Assembly (NCBI RefSeq): GCF_009914755.1
Contig: NC_060936.1
Direction: 5' to 3' (one strand)
From: the human T2T-CHM13v2.0 reference genome, Homo sapiens
DNA length: 64,000 nt
The notes under the pieces were generated by a model. That model had not been told where the DNA came from. It worked only from the letters and a program-made list of their open reading frames with translations, and searched no databases. The translations under genes were made by a program, and so were the position numbers. This document shows, piece after piece, positions 43,281 to 57,660 of this stretch. Within the stretch, counting starts at the first letter, position 1. Every line of letters begins with the position of its first letter.

Positions 43281-43858
43281 AAGCCACATAAACTCAGTAT
43301 AAGACAAGTGCTTGCAATAATGATAACATCAGCAATAGCAAACACTGTGTATCTCCATCGCACCAGGCATGTGCTGGGTGCTTCATAAACATTCTCATTT
43401 AATCTCCTCAGCACTCTCACAAGGGACTTCTACCCTCATTCTGCAGATAAACAACTTTGCCTAATTCTGTGTTAGGAAGCCTCAACCAGCCTCCCTTTCA
43501 ATCTTTGCTTTTAGAGAACACCATTCCTGCCTGGGATCAGAAAAGATGGTTCCTACACTGCCACCAACTCTCTGTGGGACTGTGGGGGAATCTGCCCTCA
43601 TCTCTCTGGGCCTCTGTCATTTCATCCAAAACCAACAGGGAGATACAGATGCTCTCCAAGGCTCAGCCTGGTCAGCCCAGGGAGGAGCGGGAGGCACAGT
43701 CCAGATGAGCCAGGTTTAGGGGCAGATGCAACCTGGCACTTTTCTTGCCTTGATTGGGCTGGCTGCCTTCTAAATCAGGCCACTTTTGACTCCTGTTAGA
43801 TGTGGACTGGCTACAGGGTGGGTTGAGAAAGGGAGTTTATGAGACATGAAACATGTGA

Positions 43859-43861
<3 letters not shown>

Positions 43862-43903
<42 letters not shown>
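43862..43903. repeat. (GT)21 microsatellite
   Basis: 42-bp perfect GT run. Confidence 0.98.
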
Positions 43904-43905
<2 letters not shown>

Positions 43906-43949
43906 TTATGCAGTGGCCAGAGAAGGCCTCTATGAGGAGGTGGTGACTG

Positions 43950-44253
43950 TTTTTGTTTTCATTTTTGTTTTGAGACAGGGTTTCACTCTGTCACCTGGGC
44001 TGGAGTATAGTGGTACAATCATAGCTCACTGCAGCTGCAAACTCCTGGGCTCAAGTGATCCTCCTGCCTCAACCTCCCAACTAACTAGGGCTACAAGCAC
44101 ATGTCACCATGTCTGGCTAGTGTTTTAAAGTTTTGTAAGGCTGGGGTCTCACTATGTTGCCCAGGCTGGTCTCAAACTCCTGACCTCAAGCAATTCTTCT
44201 GCCTTGGCCTCCCAAAGTGTTTCCATTACAGGTGTGAGCCACTGGGCCTGGCC
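43950..44253 (-). mobile_element. AluJ within an L2
   Basis: ACAATCATAGCTCACTGCAGC...CTCCTGGGCTCAAGTGATCCTCC; flanked by TGGTGAC. Confidence 0.9.
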
Positions 44254-44408
44254 AATGGTGACATTTGACCAGAGGCCTGAAAACAGTGAGGGACTGAGCC
44301 ATCTGTTATCCAGGGAAAGAGCACTCAGGTAGAGGGAGCAGCAGGTGCTAAGACCCTGAGGTCTAAGTAAGCTTATGTATTTGAGCAAGGAGATGGGTGT
44401 GTTTCGAG

Positions 44409-44674
44409 CAGTGGTTCTCTATCAAAGGCAGTTTTACTCCCTCTCCCTTTCACCCAGGGGATGTTGGGCAATGTCTGCAAACATTTCTGGATGGCATAGC
44501 TGGGGAGAGAGGTGATGTTACCAGCATCTAGTGAGTAGAGGCCAAGGGTGCTGCTAAGCATCCTACAGCCCACAGGACAGCCTCCCTACCTTACACACAC
44601 ACACACACACACACACACCCCAGAGAATTCTCTTGGATCCCACACACCAACCATGCTTAGGTTGAGAAACCCTG
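44409..44674. mobile_element. MER20 with an internal (CA)n
   Basis: Termini CAGTGGTTCTC and GAGAAACCCTG; 8-bp TSD-like GTTTCGAG / GTCTAGAG. Confidence 0.88.
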
Positions 44675-47399
44675 GTCTAGAGTAGGAGGGGAGAGTGTTA
44701 AGAATTGAAGTCAGGGAAGGGCTAGACCATGGAGGGCCTTGGGTGCCATGGCAGGGACTGCCATAGCATTTGTCACAGCATAATAATAATTACCATTATC
44801 ATTAGTAGGGGTAGTATATCAAACTCAGGCAGAGCATGCCGTCTGCCCTCCAGTGCCCCGAGGATTTGATGCATATTAACCTGTTTACAGCCCACAACAA
44901 CACAGCGAGGAAGGCACCGCATGTCAAACAACTTTCCTCAGGTCACACGTTAAGGTAGTGTTGCCCAGTGCCTTCCTAGGCAGACCAGCTCCAGGGTGCA
45001 AGCTCAGGGTCCCTAGCTCTGCTCTCTAGATTAGGATCATCTGCTTACAACTGTGTTCCTCCCCTACACTGTGAGCCTCTTCCTACCTTTATATCCCCAG
45101 CACCTAACATAGGGCTTGGCACACAGTAGGGACTCAATGATGGTTTATTAGATGCAAATGGGCATCTTCAATATAACAGCAGATGCAGTCCCATCATTCT
45201 GAACAGTGTGGGCGTCCTGCTCAGGGGCAGGGGGTGCTGGGGGCAGACCTCCCCTGTGATGCTCTGTCCTCATTTACATACCAGGAAGGTCAAGTTCACC
45301 GTGGCTGCCCTTCATCACTAGGCCGCTGGGTTGTCTCAAGCCTCAGGCCTCCAGCCTTGCCCACCTGACCTCAGGGGCCTGGCTCATCTTGTCTCTTTCT
45401 CCCTTTACACATTTCCAGGCCTAACATCCCTGACTTCCCTCCCAGAAAACACACATCCACACACACAGTCGCGTGCTCTCTCTCCTGTTACGTCTTTCAT
45501 GCTCTTGCAGAAAATAAATCTCTGCGTTCGTACTGCCTCTCGGGAGTAGTCTTCATTTATCATGCATGCATTCATTTTGTAATCACTTACCAAAGCCCTA
45601 CTATGCATCCAGCATCGTGCTAGAGGCTGAGGACAGTGAGCAGAGCAAAAGAGACAAACAGCGCGAGCAAGATAGGCAGGTAAACAACAGTCATAAGCCA
45701 AACTGTTTTTATCATTTTACCTGCTGCCTTTAATATCCTCGGGGGTGGATGCGCTTGCTTTGGGGGAAAGTCTTAGTGAGCTGCTTGTGGTGGTATTTGG
45801 GAGCCTTAGGCTTAGGGCATGGGTGAGAAGGTGTCAGGAGGGGCCCAAGCAAGGGAAAGAGTGGGTCAGTTTCCTCTGCAAGGAGAAAACAGCAGTTGGT
45901 TTTACCTAAGAGGATGGAGCAGAGGTTAGAAGAGGGCAGAGGGAAGTGAGGGGAAGAGCAAGGGCCAGTGAGAAGGTGGGGCGCTTGGGACACCGTGAGG
46001 TAGGGGACCAGGCTGTCCAGAAGGGGACATTTAAAACAGGACCACTTTCACTGTGAGCTGGGTTGTGTAACTCCAGAAACAATATCCCCACTGTGCCACC
46101 CTCCCCAAGCACAAATGTCCAATAGAGGCAGGTGTTCTCACATGTGCTTTGTCAAGTGGCTTCTCGGTGGGTGTCAAAAGGAGCCTGGTTATTATGTGAA
46201 AGAAACAGCTTGGAGGAAGAGGAGCCTGCAGGGCACAGGGACTGCAAATGAGACCTGCCCTGGGGGTCTGCAGACTTCGGCAGGGTGGGGAATTTGGACT
46301 TCTGCATGGGGTTGATGCCGGGCTATTTCAGATCCCAAAGAGCATGCAGGGCCTCTGGCATCTGGTTAAAGCTTAGCTGAAGGTGTTTCTGGAGAGTTTA
46401 ATTAGGAACTGTGCTGCTTTGAGCAGGGCCAAGGGGTTCACAAACATTCATTATGGGCTGATGAGGATCAGCAAATGCCTCACCGAGGAAGAAGCATTTG
46501 AGTGGCCTTTGAAGGATGGATAGGAGTTGGCTGGACAGTGAGAGAAGTTGGGGGCATTCAAGGCACAGCATGTTCACCATATCGTCTTTCTGAAAGTCAA
46601 AGAATTTTGAATCTGAAACACCTCTGGCCCCAAGGGCATTGGAAATGTGATTGTCTATTGTAGTGTCTAACTCACAGTGTCTTTGAGGAGGATAAAAGTC
46701 AGGGTATTCAAATGAAGGGCTCAGAACTGTCCAGCCAACACGTGGTGAAACCTCAATAAACGGGAGCTGTCCATGTTGTTGGTATAATGAGCTCCCAAAC
46801 TCTGAAACCCCTTGGTGTGAGAGTGTGGTCTCAAGTTTGCTGTCTGAAGAGTTGAGGTGCCTTGACCACCTAGCTGAGGTGGGCAAGTCATCCGCACAGC
46901 TGTCTGTTTTCGGCTTAGCTGGGGCCCACAAGAAAACGGGCCTTTGTATTTTGTTATTGTAGAATGTGCCGTTCCAACAAGCAGCAGCCGTGCCTACCTC
47001 TGGCCAGTGATCCCAGCAGGCATCCCTTGTCCCCCACAAGCCTGGTGTGGCCTGGCGTGGTATAGATAGCCTGTAAACTCCTGACAGCCTTGGCACCTTC
47101 TTGTCGTCAGCAACAACCAGAGCACTTGATAATTGTTCACGAATTGAATCTCACCTATTGACTCTAGGCAGAAGCCACTTCGAGACCCGCTTAGGAAACA
47201 CCTGGATTCTGCGTTACTCCACAGCCACTGACACATGTATGTGCATGCACTCATACACACACACACAAACACACATTCACACACACATGCCAACACACAT
47301 CAAGACCCAGCTATATCATGATCCACTCAGGGATCCAGAGAAACCAGCTTCTTGAAGCAAAGTTCATTTTTTCCTGCCTATCTCTGTCAGAGACAGGGA

Positions 47400-47520
47400 C
47401 TTTAGGGAAAAGACCAGGAGAAAATGCTTCTGTTTACATCAAAGGTCCCTCCTTTTGTTTACTAAGAACTGTTTCCCACACGTTTTCCCTGACCGCTATT
47501 AAACAAACAACAGAGGCTTG
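47400..47520. promoter_or_regulatory. Candidate FOX plus TCF/LEF enhancer core
   Basis: TGTTTAC at 47431 and 47456; TAAACAAACA at 47500; ACATCAAAGG at 47436-47445. Confidence 0.5.
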
Positions 47521-48979
47521 CCTGGCTTCAGAGGGCTCAAGATGTGGCCACCAACTGATCCCTCCAGATGTGATCCGCTTCCATTTAGAGACCAGAAGAG
47601 GCCCCCCTCTCCCCATGTGCAGGAAGAAGAAAAGGAGGCACCTGCAGAGACCCCTCGTCATTGCCTTGGCTTGAAAGATTCTTAGACTTTGCTGAAACGC
47701 ATCCATGGTTTTCACAACCGAGAAACGCCAGTCATCCTCTGCTCCCTGATTTTAGCTCACGAGCTGAGGTCAGCTGAATTAAGGGCAAAATGTGCCTCCC
47801 AGAAGGCTGGGCAGCAGGGAATTGGTGTTGTATTAATCAAGCAAAAAAGGGGAAAATCTGAAGACCAAGCACTCCCTGGCAAGAGTGCAGGTGAGCTGGA
47901 GCCAGCCGGCTGGGGTGTTTATTTTTCACTTCTGTGGGCCTGGCAGGAGGTAGGCACTCTTTTCCCTCTTATGCTGGGAGAGAGGGAAGCTGACCAGTCA
48001 GTGGCCTTGTGAGTATAAAGAGTTTAAAGGCGCTCCAGCTTCTAGCAGGAGACCACCAGGGCCACAGGAAGTTGCAGATAGCCAGGGACCTGCGTGTGAG
48101 TAGCTTGCTGCTGGGAGCTGCCAGCTGGGCACGGGAGACTTTGAGGGTGACCTTGAAAACAAACAATGCTGCTTCAAAGATCCACTGTGGTTGAGGCTGG
48201 GTGAGAGAGAACCATCTATAAAGACGGGCTGCGGATTGTGAGCTGAGGGGCATTCCATACTCAGTGGAAGGGAGCGCCCATTTCTTAGTAGTCCACAAGT
48301 ATTTATTGAGCACCTACTGTGTGTTAGGCAGTGTTTTGGGCAAAGGAGATATAAAGATGAACAAGATAGGAAAAAATAAGTAAATAAAGACATAAATACT
48401 ATAACTTCTGATGATGTCGAGTGCCATGAAAAAAATGGAGCAGGATATAGGGGCAGAAATGCAACCCATTTTCTAGGCATCTTAACCCATGATGTGGTAC
48501 AGCAGACACGAGCAGGGTGGTATGACCTTGAAGGCTCACATCCGGGTCACACAACCATTCCGTGCCTCAGCTTTCTCATCTGTGAAAGGGGGCTGATCAC
48601 TGTAGGGATTTCAGAGGTTCGATAAATAACACCTGTCCTCCCACACCCGCAAAAGTAGGCAGGAAGACAAGGATAACAACATCCCCTTGTTGATGGGTGA
48701 GGGCTGGGTTAAGGGATGTGGCTACCTGTGGGGCCTGAAGTGGGATTCCAAACACAGACCCCGGCATGAGACACTGTGACTCACCCCACTCTGGCCACCA
48801 GCAGCTCTGGACGGCCACAGGCCTCCCCTGCAGACATCTGCTTCTGATGGGACCCCAGAAGCAGAACGTGTGTTTCCTGTGGGTGGTTGGCTCCCAAAAC
48901 CAGAAAACAGAGGTGGGAGGAAGGGGTGGAATTGAGCTTCCTCTAACCCTCACATCTGCCGACTCACCAATAGAGGCGT

Positions 48980-49190
48980 GAATGCAGAACCAGGTAGCCC
49001 AGGGTTCAAATCCTGGTCTGGCTCTGCCCTCTGCTAGGTGCAGGACCTTGGACAAGCTGTCCAGCCTTTCTGAGAGTTGATTTTCTCATCCCTAAAATGG
49101 GAACAGCACTGGCACCCATCTGATGGGGTTCCCATAAGGAGTAAGTTAGGTGATGCATGTCGGTTACTTAGGACAGTGCCCGGCATGTAC
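48980..49190 (+). mobile_element. MIR SINE
   Basis: GGGTTCAAATCCTGGTCTGGCTCTGCC...GACCTTGGACAAG...TTCTCATCCCTAAAATGGG. Confidence 0.8.
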
Positions 49191-49464
49191 GGGGGTGGAG
49201 AGGGCGAGGCATCAGACTGGCCTGTTCTCAAAGAAGCCCTCAACTCTGAAGCACAAAGCCACAGAGTTGAGGTTCCCCCAGCAGCAGGCAGTGCCCACCT
49301 CATAGGGTGGTTGTGAAGATTTGACTGGTTAATATAAGGACAGTGCCTGGCACACACGAGCACTTATTAGGTAATAATAGCTTGAATCATTTGAAGAAGT
49401 GTCAATATTCAATTTTTCTTCATCTACAAAAATGGCAACTTCAAATGGCAGTGATGATCCTTGT

Positions 49465-49929
<465 letters not shown>

Positions 49930-52009
49930 GATCCTTGTGATTTCTTAGCAAGGTGCTTATGGTAGGGGCTCAAAAATATTTAGTTCCTTCCTCTCAAATA
50001 ATCTGGTTGGGATGAGCCAGTCTGGGGTCCCAGGGAACATTGAGAGCCTACCCTCCCCACCTTCACTCGGGCCCAGTGTCCTTTGCCCCGAGGAGGGCCT
50101 GGCTGTCAGCCAAGCCACCCCCATCCCCAGGGTCACGGTGTGGGCAGTGCAGCCACAGGAACCAGCATGGACCCTTCATAGACCTGGATGCTCCCAACTT
50201 GTCACTCGGAGCAGAGCACACTGCCATCTGCAGGGTCACCGCTGGGCCTCGTCACTTATCATGATTGCTAATTAAAGACAAAATTAACCGACCCTGGCCT
50301 GGTGGCACCTCTCCCAATGCCTGGCTCTGGCTGGCTGGGCCTCAGTGGGGAAGGTCTGCCCCTGATACTTGGGATGGTGGCCAGAGCGAGGGGAGTGGAA
50401 TCCCACCCAGAACGGAGAAGGTGCCAAGCCATCTGGAAAGCTGGGGCCAGCCCGACACCTCACCGGCCAGCTGGGAGAAATGAGATCTTGGGCCAATCTG
50501 GGGGTGACAGGAAAGGGAGGGTGAGATGTGGACGTCTTATTCCCAACTGTATCCCCAGCCCCTTAGAGCAGTTGTTGTTGTCAGAGAGAACAGATGTGAT
50601 GTACTGAGCATGCCAGGCACGAAGGGGGCATTTGATAAATAATAAATTGCTGCGTGGCTTGATGGATGGGGCTGCAAGTGCATAGTCAGTGCTCAGCGTT
50701 TTCCGCATACACTTTCAGAATAACAAACCCCTCTATGGTGCTTTTAGTGAGGTGTTATTCTTAGCATTTAAATATATTCATTCAATGGTTCTCACCAGGA
50801 CTCTATAAAAGATGTTATTTCCCCATTTTACAGATGAGGAAACCAAGGCACAAAGAAGTGAAGTAACCATCACAAGGCCACACAACCAGCAAGTGGTGGA
50901 GATAAGAGAGGTCACAAGATTTGGGAACATAAGGGATTATCTGGGTGAACCTAATCTTCCAGAATAGAAGTTGGCTTTTCATCTTCCTAGAATTTTAGGA
51001 TTGGGTACAGAAGTACAGGCTCCCATTGCAGGTCAAGAGGAGAAAAAGGGAGAGGAAAAGAGAGGAGGTAGTTGTAGTAAAAATAATAGCTTATAGGTAT
51101 TGAGCCCTTACTGTGTGTCAGGTTCTGTACCCAGCCCTTTCTCTGTTTCATTCTATTTAATCCTTAGAGTAGCAGTACTTTGAGGTTGGTGTGAGCTTTG
51201 CCTGCAATCTGTAACTTTTACAAATGAGGAGCATTACAAAATGACCCTGGCATCCCTGGCAAGAGACACAGAAGCAGCTTCCCCTCCATGACCCCCCAGG
51301 TCAGGCAGTGTCCTCTCTATGAAACAGGAGGAAGAACACCCCTCACAGAGCCGTGGTGAGGCTCAGGGGCTGAGTGGGCATTAACTCTGCCCCCGTGCCT
51401 AGAGTTCAGACTGTGGGCTCCCTTGCTCTGAAGCTTTCTACATGACTGCAAATTGACCCCAGACTGTGAGGCTCCCTTCTGTCCCCTTAGATCTGGTTAG
51501 AACCCCCATCAAGAGGCATAATCTCCTTACTTTTCAGATGCAGAAAATGAAACCCAAGGAAGGGTAACTGGAACCTAGGGCCCCAGCCTGATGCAGTCTC
51601 TAGGGCTCCTGATACCTCTTGAATCTAAAGAAGGAAAGAGCTGGCTACCATCAGGGAGGATACTGGGGACCAAAGAGAAAACACTGAGGGGCTCTTGTAC
51701 ATGTCTGGGGTGACAGAGCCCAGAACAGAGCCTCTCCACCCATACCCATTATTTCTGCAGCAGAGGCAGGTTTAGGCTGGAGAAGTTCCAGAGCAAGGCA
51801 GTCACAGTGATGAAGAGCTTGGAGCAGCTGGCACGTATGTGTACACATGAACCTTAAAGGCTTCTTGGATCTAGGAAGATAAGGGCCAAAGGGAGCTACG
51901 ATGGGAGCTTATAAATCGGCAAACGGAACCGGGGAAGGGATAGAGCAAACACAGGACCAAGGCACTCTGGCCTCTCCAGGAGCCAGGATAAGACAAAGCT
52001 CAACAAGCT

Positions 52010-52270
52010 ATAGGGAGAGGGTCAAAAACATGGACTCTGGGGCCAGACTCCTTTGGTTTGAAGCACTGCTGTGCCATTTATTAGCTGTGTGACCTTAGGC
52101 AATTTGGTTGGCCTCTCTGTTCTTCAGTTTACATCTGTAAAATGGAGCCAGGAAACAGAACTTCTCTCACAGGGATGCTCTGATGAGTAAATGAAATACT
52201 ACCTGAGAAAGGCTTAGAAGAGTGCCTTGTACAAACATAGTGAGTGATGTACGAGCATTGGCTGCTGCTG
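52010..52270 (+). mobile_element. MIR SINE, near full length
   Basis: AAAAACATGGACTCTGGGGCCAGACT...TTAGCTGTGTGACCTTAGGCAA...CAGTTTACATCTGTAAAATGG. Confidence 0.88.
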
Positions 52271-52953
52271 TTATCAGCACCGCGCCAAGTGGGAACATCC
52301 GCCGTTCGGTTCCCCAGATGTTTATCTGATGGAGCCCTCATGGTGGAAAGATGAATGGTCACTGGAGGAGCTCACAGGCTAGTGGGGACAAGACATAATG
52401 ACAGATTTAAGCATTGAGGGTCCCATAAGGTTTAGCCAACTCCAGGGATGTTCAGTGGGATCATTAGAGGAAGTCAGAGATATCTAGAGTGTGACCTTGG
52501 CCTTTTGACCTCCCTCAGCACCATCATCAGAGACAGTCCCACCAGGCGACAGAAGCTGTACCATTCCAGTGTCCTTGCTTTATAGAGGAAGGACAACATG
52601 AAGGCCCCAGGTGGCCCAGGGAACAGGCGAGGCCACAGTAAGCAAGGGGCTGAGTGAGGACAGAGAGGTCCTGTGTGGCAGCTTTGTGGATCCTTTGCAC
52701 CTTTTTCTCTTTTCATTCGTGAACTTCTCTGGGGCAAGATTATTTTTTAATTGAGTGTAATATACATACAGAAAGTGCACACATCAAATGCGTACAGCCC
52801 AGTGCCTTTTTACCACCTGAACACACACACCTGTGAACCAGGCCTCGGATTAAGAATTCAAGCATGGCCAACCCCCCATCCTCCCTCTGGTCACTACCAT
52901 TTCCCACGTGTAATGCTGTTTTGACTCCCACAGCATGGATTCATTTCACCTAC

Positions 52954-53208
52954 TTTTTTTTTTTGAGACCAGTCTTGCTCTGTTGCTCAGGCTGGAGTGC
53001 AGTGGCATGATGTTGGCTCACTGCAACCTCTGCCTCCTGGATTCAAGTGATTCTCATGCCTCAGCCTCCTGAGTAGCTGTGACTACAGGCACCTGCCACC
53101 TTGCCCGGCTAATTTTTATATTTTTAATAGAGACGGGGTTTCACCATGTGGGCCAGGCTGGTCTCAAACTCCTGACCTCAAGTGATCTGCCCACCTTGGC
53201 CTCCCAAA
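52954..53208 (-). mobile_element. AluS, 5'-truncated
   Basis: Ends at GGCCTCCCAAA; TSD-like TTTCACCTACTTT / TTTCACTTGCTTT. Confidence 0.9.
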
Positions 53209-53387
53209 TAGTTTCACTTGCTTTTGAACTTCCCCTAAATGGACTGATGCAGTATGCAGTCTTCTGTGTCTGGCTTCTTTTGCTCGACATATTTGTTTGA
53301 TTCATCCATGTTGTGTGTGGCTGTATTTTATTGCACTTGGTGAAGAAGCCATATATTCTACAAGTGACTGGGCATGAGGCCATTTCT

Positions 53388-53742
<355 letters not shown>

Positions 53743-56700
53743 TGACTGCGCCCAGTCCTGGGGTCTGTATATCTGGGAGCGGAATGGCTGAGTCCTCTGT
53801 ACTTGACATCCAGCATGGGGCTGGAGAGGAGCCACTGGCCCGTGTTTATTGAGCATGGATTCCCAGCCAAACCCTGTGCAGGGCTCCCAGCTGTCTGCCA
53901 CCGCCGAGAGCCACCTTGGCTCACTGTTTCTCTAATGAGGGTGTGACCCTGAGTCAGGCCCCTGGGACGGAGCAGCATAATTTATAACACGATATTGACA
54001 CATTTAAGGGAATACTGCTCCAAACAGCGGGCTCTTTCCGAATGATTAAAAGCCATGGGAAGCAGGGATGCTTGAGCAAAGATTAAGAAATCAAAACCTG
54101 TGCTCTTCTGAGTGGGCTCAGCTCTGGGGAAAGTGGGCTGTACCTGGGGCTGGACCATGGATGCTGGGAAGGGGAGTAGTTGGCCACAAAGGGAAGGGGA
54201 GGCATTGGAGGGAAATCCAGAAAGACTGGAGATTAGAGTGCCCCTGGAAGGACAGGTAGAGAGAAAATGGCCAAACATACATGGAATGAGAGAGAACAAT
54301 AGGAAAAGCCTTAACTTGTTATTACATTTTACCAACCTTTAGCACAGTGCTTGGTTCTTAAGGCAGCAGATGCCCTGCAGAGTGAGCTTAACACAGACAA
54401 CTGGTCTACCCACTCCCACTGAGTCATATTCTCCAGGTTGGGGCTTAAGGAGCAGACAGTGCAAGCCCCAGCAGTGATTCTGATTTCCAGCCAGGTCTAG
54501 AAAACAACTGTTTTAAGGGACCAGTCCCATCAGCCCACCCTAGGTCCCATCAAAAAGGGGCTGAGCTCTCCTGACTCCCAGGCCCCTGACTGTCCTCCTG
54601 GTTTCTTTGGCTCTCCCAGTACTGAGTCTGCCGTTCACTCTCAGGGTGATTTTTTAAGTGTGCATCCTGTCTGGCTGCAGCATTAACTCAACTCAGCAGT
54701 GAACCTCCATCCTGGCCTGGCTGCCTCTGGCTGCTTTTAAATAACCCCACTTCACTTTGACCTCCCTCTGGTATGTTTTAAGGGACAATATCTCCCTGCA
54801 CTCGAGGTAAGGAAGCAGTCTTTGCATGCTCATGGGTTCGTGGCAGAGACCTGACTTGACTTTGACCTTTCTCAGCCTTAGGTGCTGCCCCTGTGGAGTG
54901 GGAATAATGACACCTAGGTCATCAAGTTCTCATGATTACCAAAGAGGTAACGGGCATGAGATGCTGCACACAGCTCAGCTGACCAGTCAGCTACCCAGAG
55001 TAGCCAGAAACAGTATCCAAGGGGGAGTGTAAACCATTTCCATCACCCAGGGCATGTCATAGCAGCCTCCTGCCTGGTGGCCCTGTCTCCAGTCTTGTCC
55101 CCTCAAGTCCTTTTCCACACAGCTCACAGAGGAGTCCTTGTAGAACTCTGATCTGACCCAGATCCTTTGTGCACTGCAAACCCCAGGAGCACAGGAACTA
55201 GCTGTGAATCCACAGCTTCTCTGGGCTCAGCTGAAAGGTCAGGACTTTACATGGGTTATTTTGTTTCCTGGTTACAACAAACCTATGCAGATGGTATTGT
55301 TATTTTCTTTTTTTTTTAATGAGGAAACTGAGGCACTAAGAGGTCAAGAATAAAGCTGGACCTTTTGCCCAAGGCTGACATGAAAGCCCTTATCTGTTCT
55401 TTGGTCCTCTCCTGTGTGCCCCTGGCCACTGTGGATGAATTTTTGACAACAGAGGATGTCCCGACAGCTGAAGGTTGAACAGTGCTTCAGGATGGGACCC
55501 TCCTGGCCTGGCCAGAGAACATTTTCACATCTCCTGAGGCTTCTGGAGCCCATGTGTTGCATCTGAGATATTGGTTGTTGGTGACTAGGATTAAAGCCGT
55601 GGATCACACTTCCATAGAATGCAGCAAGATGCAAACATCCGTCCCCCAGAAGCCGGGGCCCTGATTTGCTTATTTTGCAGCTTGAAACCACCACTTCCTT
55701 TGGTAGGCTGGGGAGAGGTTTGAGGGAGGGCAGTGTAGGGCTGGCTAGCCTGGCCCCCGGCTACCTAGGCTGTTCAGCCCCTTGTCTGCCCCTCCTGATG
55801 AGGCTTCCTGGGGCACAGTGAAATGTCAGATGAGCTGGGAGCTACCAAGCTGGGTCTCTACCACCCCAGCCCCTCCTTCTAACTTGTGATCTGGAGACTT
55901 TGGTTTCCTGAAAAATCACAGAACTTAAAGTTGCCAAAGCCGAAGGTGAGCATCTCGGAGGCATTTAATCATCTAATCCTCACCTTCACCTTGCGGTATT
56001 AGGAGACCTGGATTTAGTTCCATCTCCTTGTTTGCCTGGAGGTGAAACCTGAATGTGTCAGACAATCTCCAAGGGTCTCGGTTTTGCCATCTTCAAAATA
56101 GAGATAATAAGGCAGAAATGTAGTAAGTACAACTCGAGTGTCAGGTATAGCCATAATATCATTTCTGTCACTAGACCTCTGGGACACCTGACACTGCAGG
56201 GAAGGGGAGGGTCAGGAAATGAAGATGATCAAGATAGGCTTTCAAGAGAGGCAATGCTGGAGCTACATTCTGGAGTCTCCATGGAAATTAGTGGACCACA
56301 GAGAGCCAGGATTGCAGGCAAGTGTCTGCTCTCATCCCCCACCCCCAAGCAGATCATGAACTCCTTGAAGGCAGGGAATGTGTGTGTGTGAGGGAATGCA
56401 TGAAGTGTGTGTGTGTGTGTGTGTGTATTTACTTGTATGCTGACTTGTGTGTGCATAAACACACATATGTGCTCCTTATTCATTTCATATCTATATGCAT
56501 GTAGCCAATAGGATATTCATATAGGTGCTCAATAAATATTTGTTGAATTGTACTGAAGAAAAGCAGCTCTGTTTTCTAGCTGGTGGAAGGGTGTCCAGCT
56601 TTTGGAAGAAATCCACATCAGGTGTGTCCACATGACTACTGGTGCTCTGTGCTGGCTCCTCAGGGACATTAAAATGTCTGTGTCCTGTGTCTGAAAATAC

Positions 56701-57199
56701 TAGGTCTCTGCACTTAAAATCAAGGCATTGGTGCGCATGCATTGGAGGATTACATAAGGCCACTTCCACCTCTCACCTCTGACCCTGTGACGGAAGTAAG
56801 GTCAAGGGGGTCTGTGGCCTCCCTCCTGCTGTTGCCTGTAGCATGTGTCCATGATACAGAGTTCAATGGGCGGGTCAAGAGACATCACTGTGGAAAACAA
56901 GCAAACAAAAGGCGGACTACCACCTTGTTAGTGTGAAAATGACAAAGAAAGCTGTATTTCTCAGGGTGGGAGGCCACGTGGGTTCGCAGGCATTGGCGCT
57001 AAGACTTGCCCCTGCCAGATGCATCTTTTGAGATGGGAATTTTAATCTATCAGTATTGATGGGCCTTTGGAAAGAAGGTGCTAGAGTGTTGCCATAAAGT
57101 TCATCCTTGTGTGTGCTTTAGAGTGAATGCTATCGGTATGTCATCCCGCCATATAGGTGGACCTGGAATTTTTCAAAAATTTAATCTCAAAAGCATTGT

Positions 57200-57660
57200 T
57201 TTATTTTATGCTAGTTTATTCTATTGTATTGATTTGATTCTATTCTATTTTATGCACCAACACGCATAAAACAGTTCTAGAACGGATTAAAGTTTGCTAT
57301 GGCAAGATAAACTAAATGTGAACTCAATGACAGAGATAAAAGAAAAATGAGAGTGAAGACACAAAAATAAGCCAGAAACAAGATGCATCTTCAAATAAAT
57401 GATAGACCATTCTATATAGATGCTTACTCTGGTGAACTATAAACAGGACTCTGAGCTTCTAGGAAGGTATTAGGATAAGGAAAACCTAGTCAGTTATACT
57501 GTCCCAGTTATCATCAAACAAACCTATTGATCAGGACAAGCAAACTATGTCTGATACTGAGACCTGAGGGGAATTTCCTCTAAGCCCTTTGGGAAGAAGA
57601 CCCAGTGTGGTAAAGAACAACCTCCCTAGAAAAATCCTTACAGAAAGTCCAACCTTGCAT
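57200..57660 (-). mobile_element. L4 (RTE-X) ancient LINE fragment
   Basis: CTCTGAGCTTCTAGG...AAACCTAGTCAGTTATA...GATCAGGACAAGCAAACTATGTCTGATACTGAGACCTGAGGGGAATTTCCTC resembles the recalled L4 consensus. Confidence 0.5.

Noticed and set aside
46398-47096. 232-aa minus-strand ORF
   Set aside because: It has no recognisable domain, starts at a non-ATG codon, and its distal part runs through L2 and DNA-transposon remnants.
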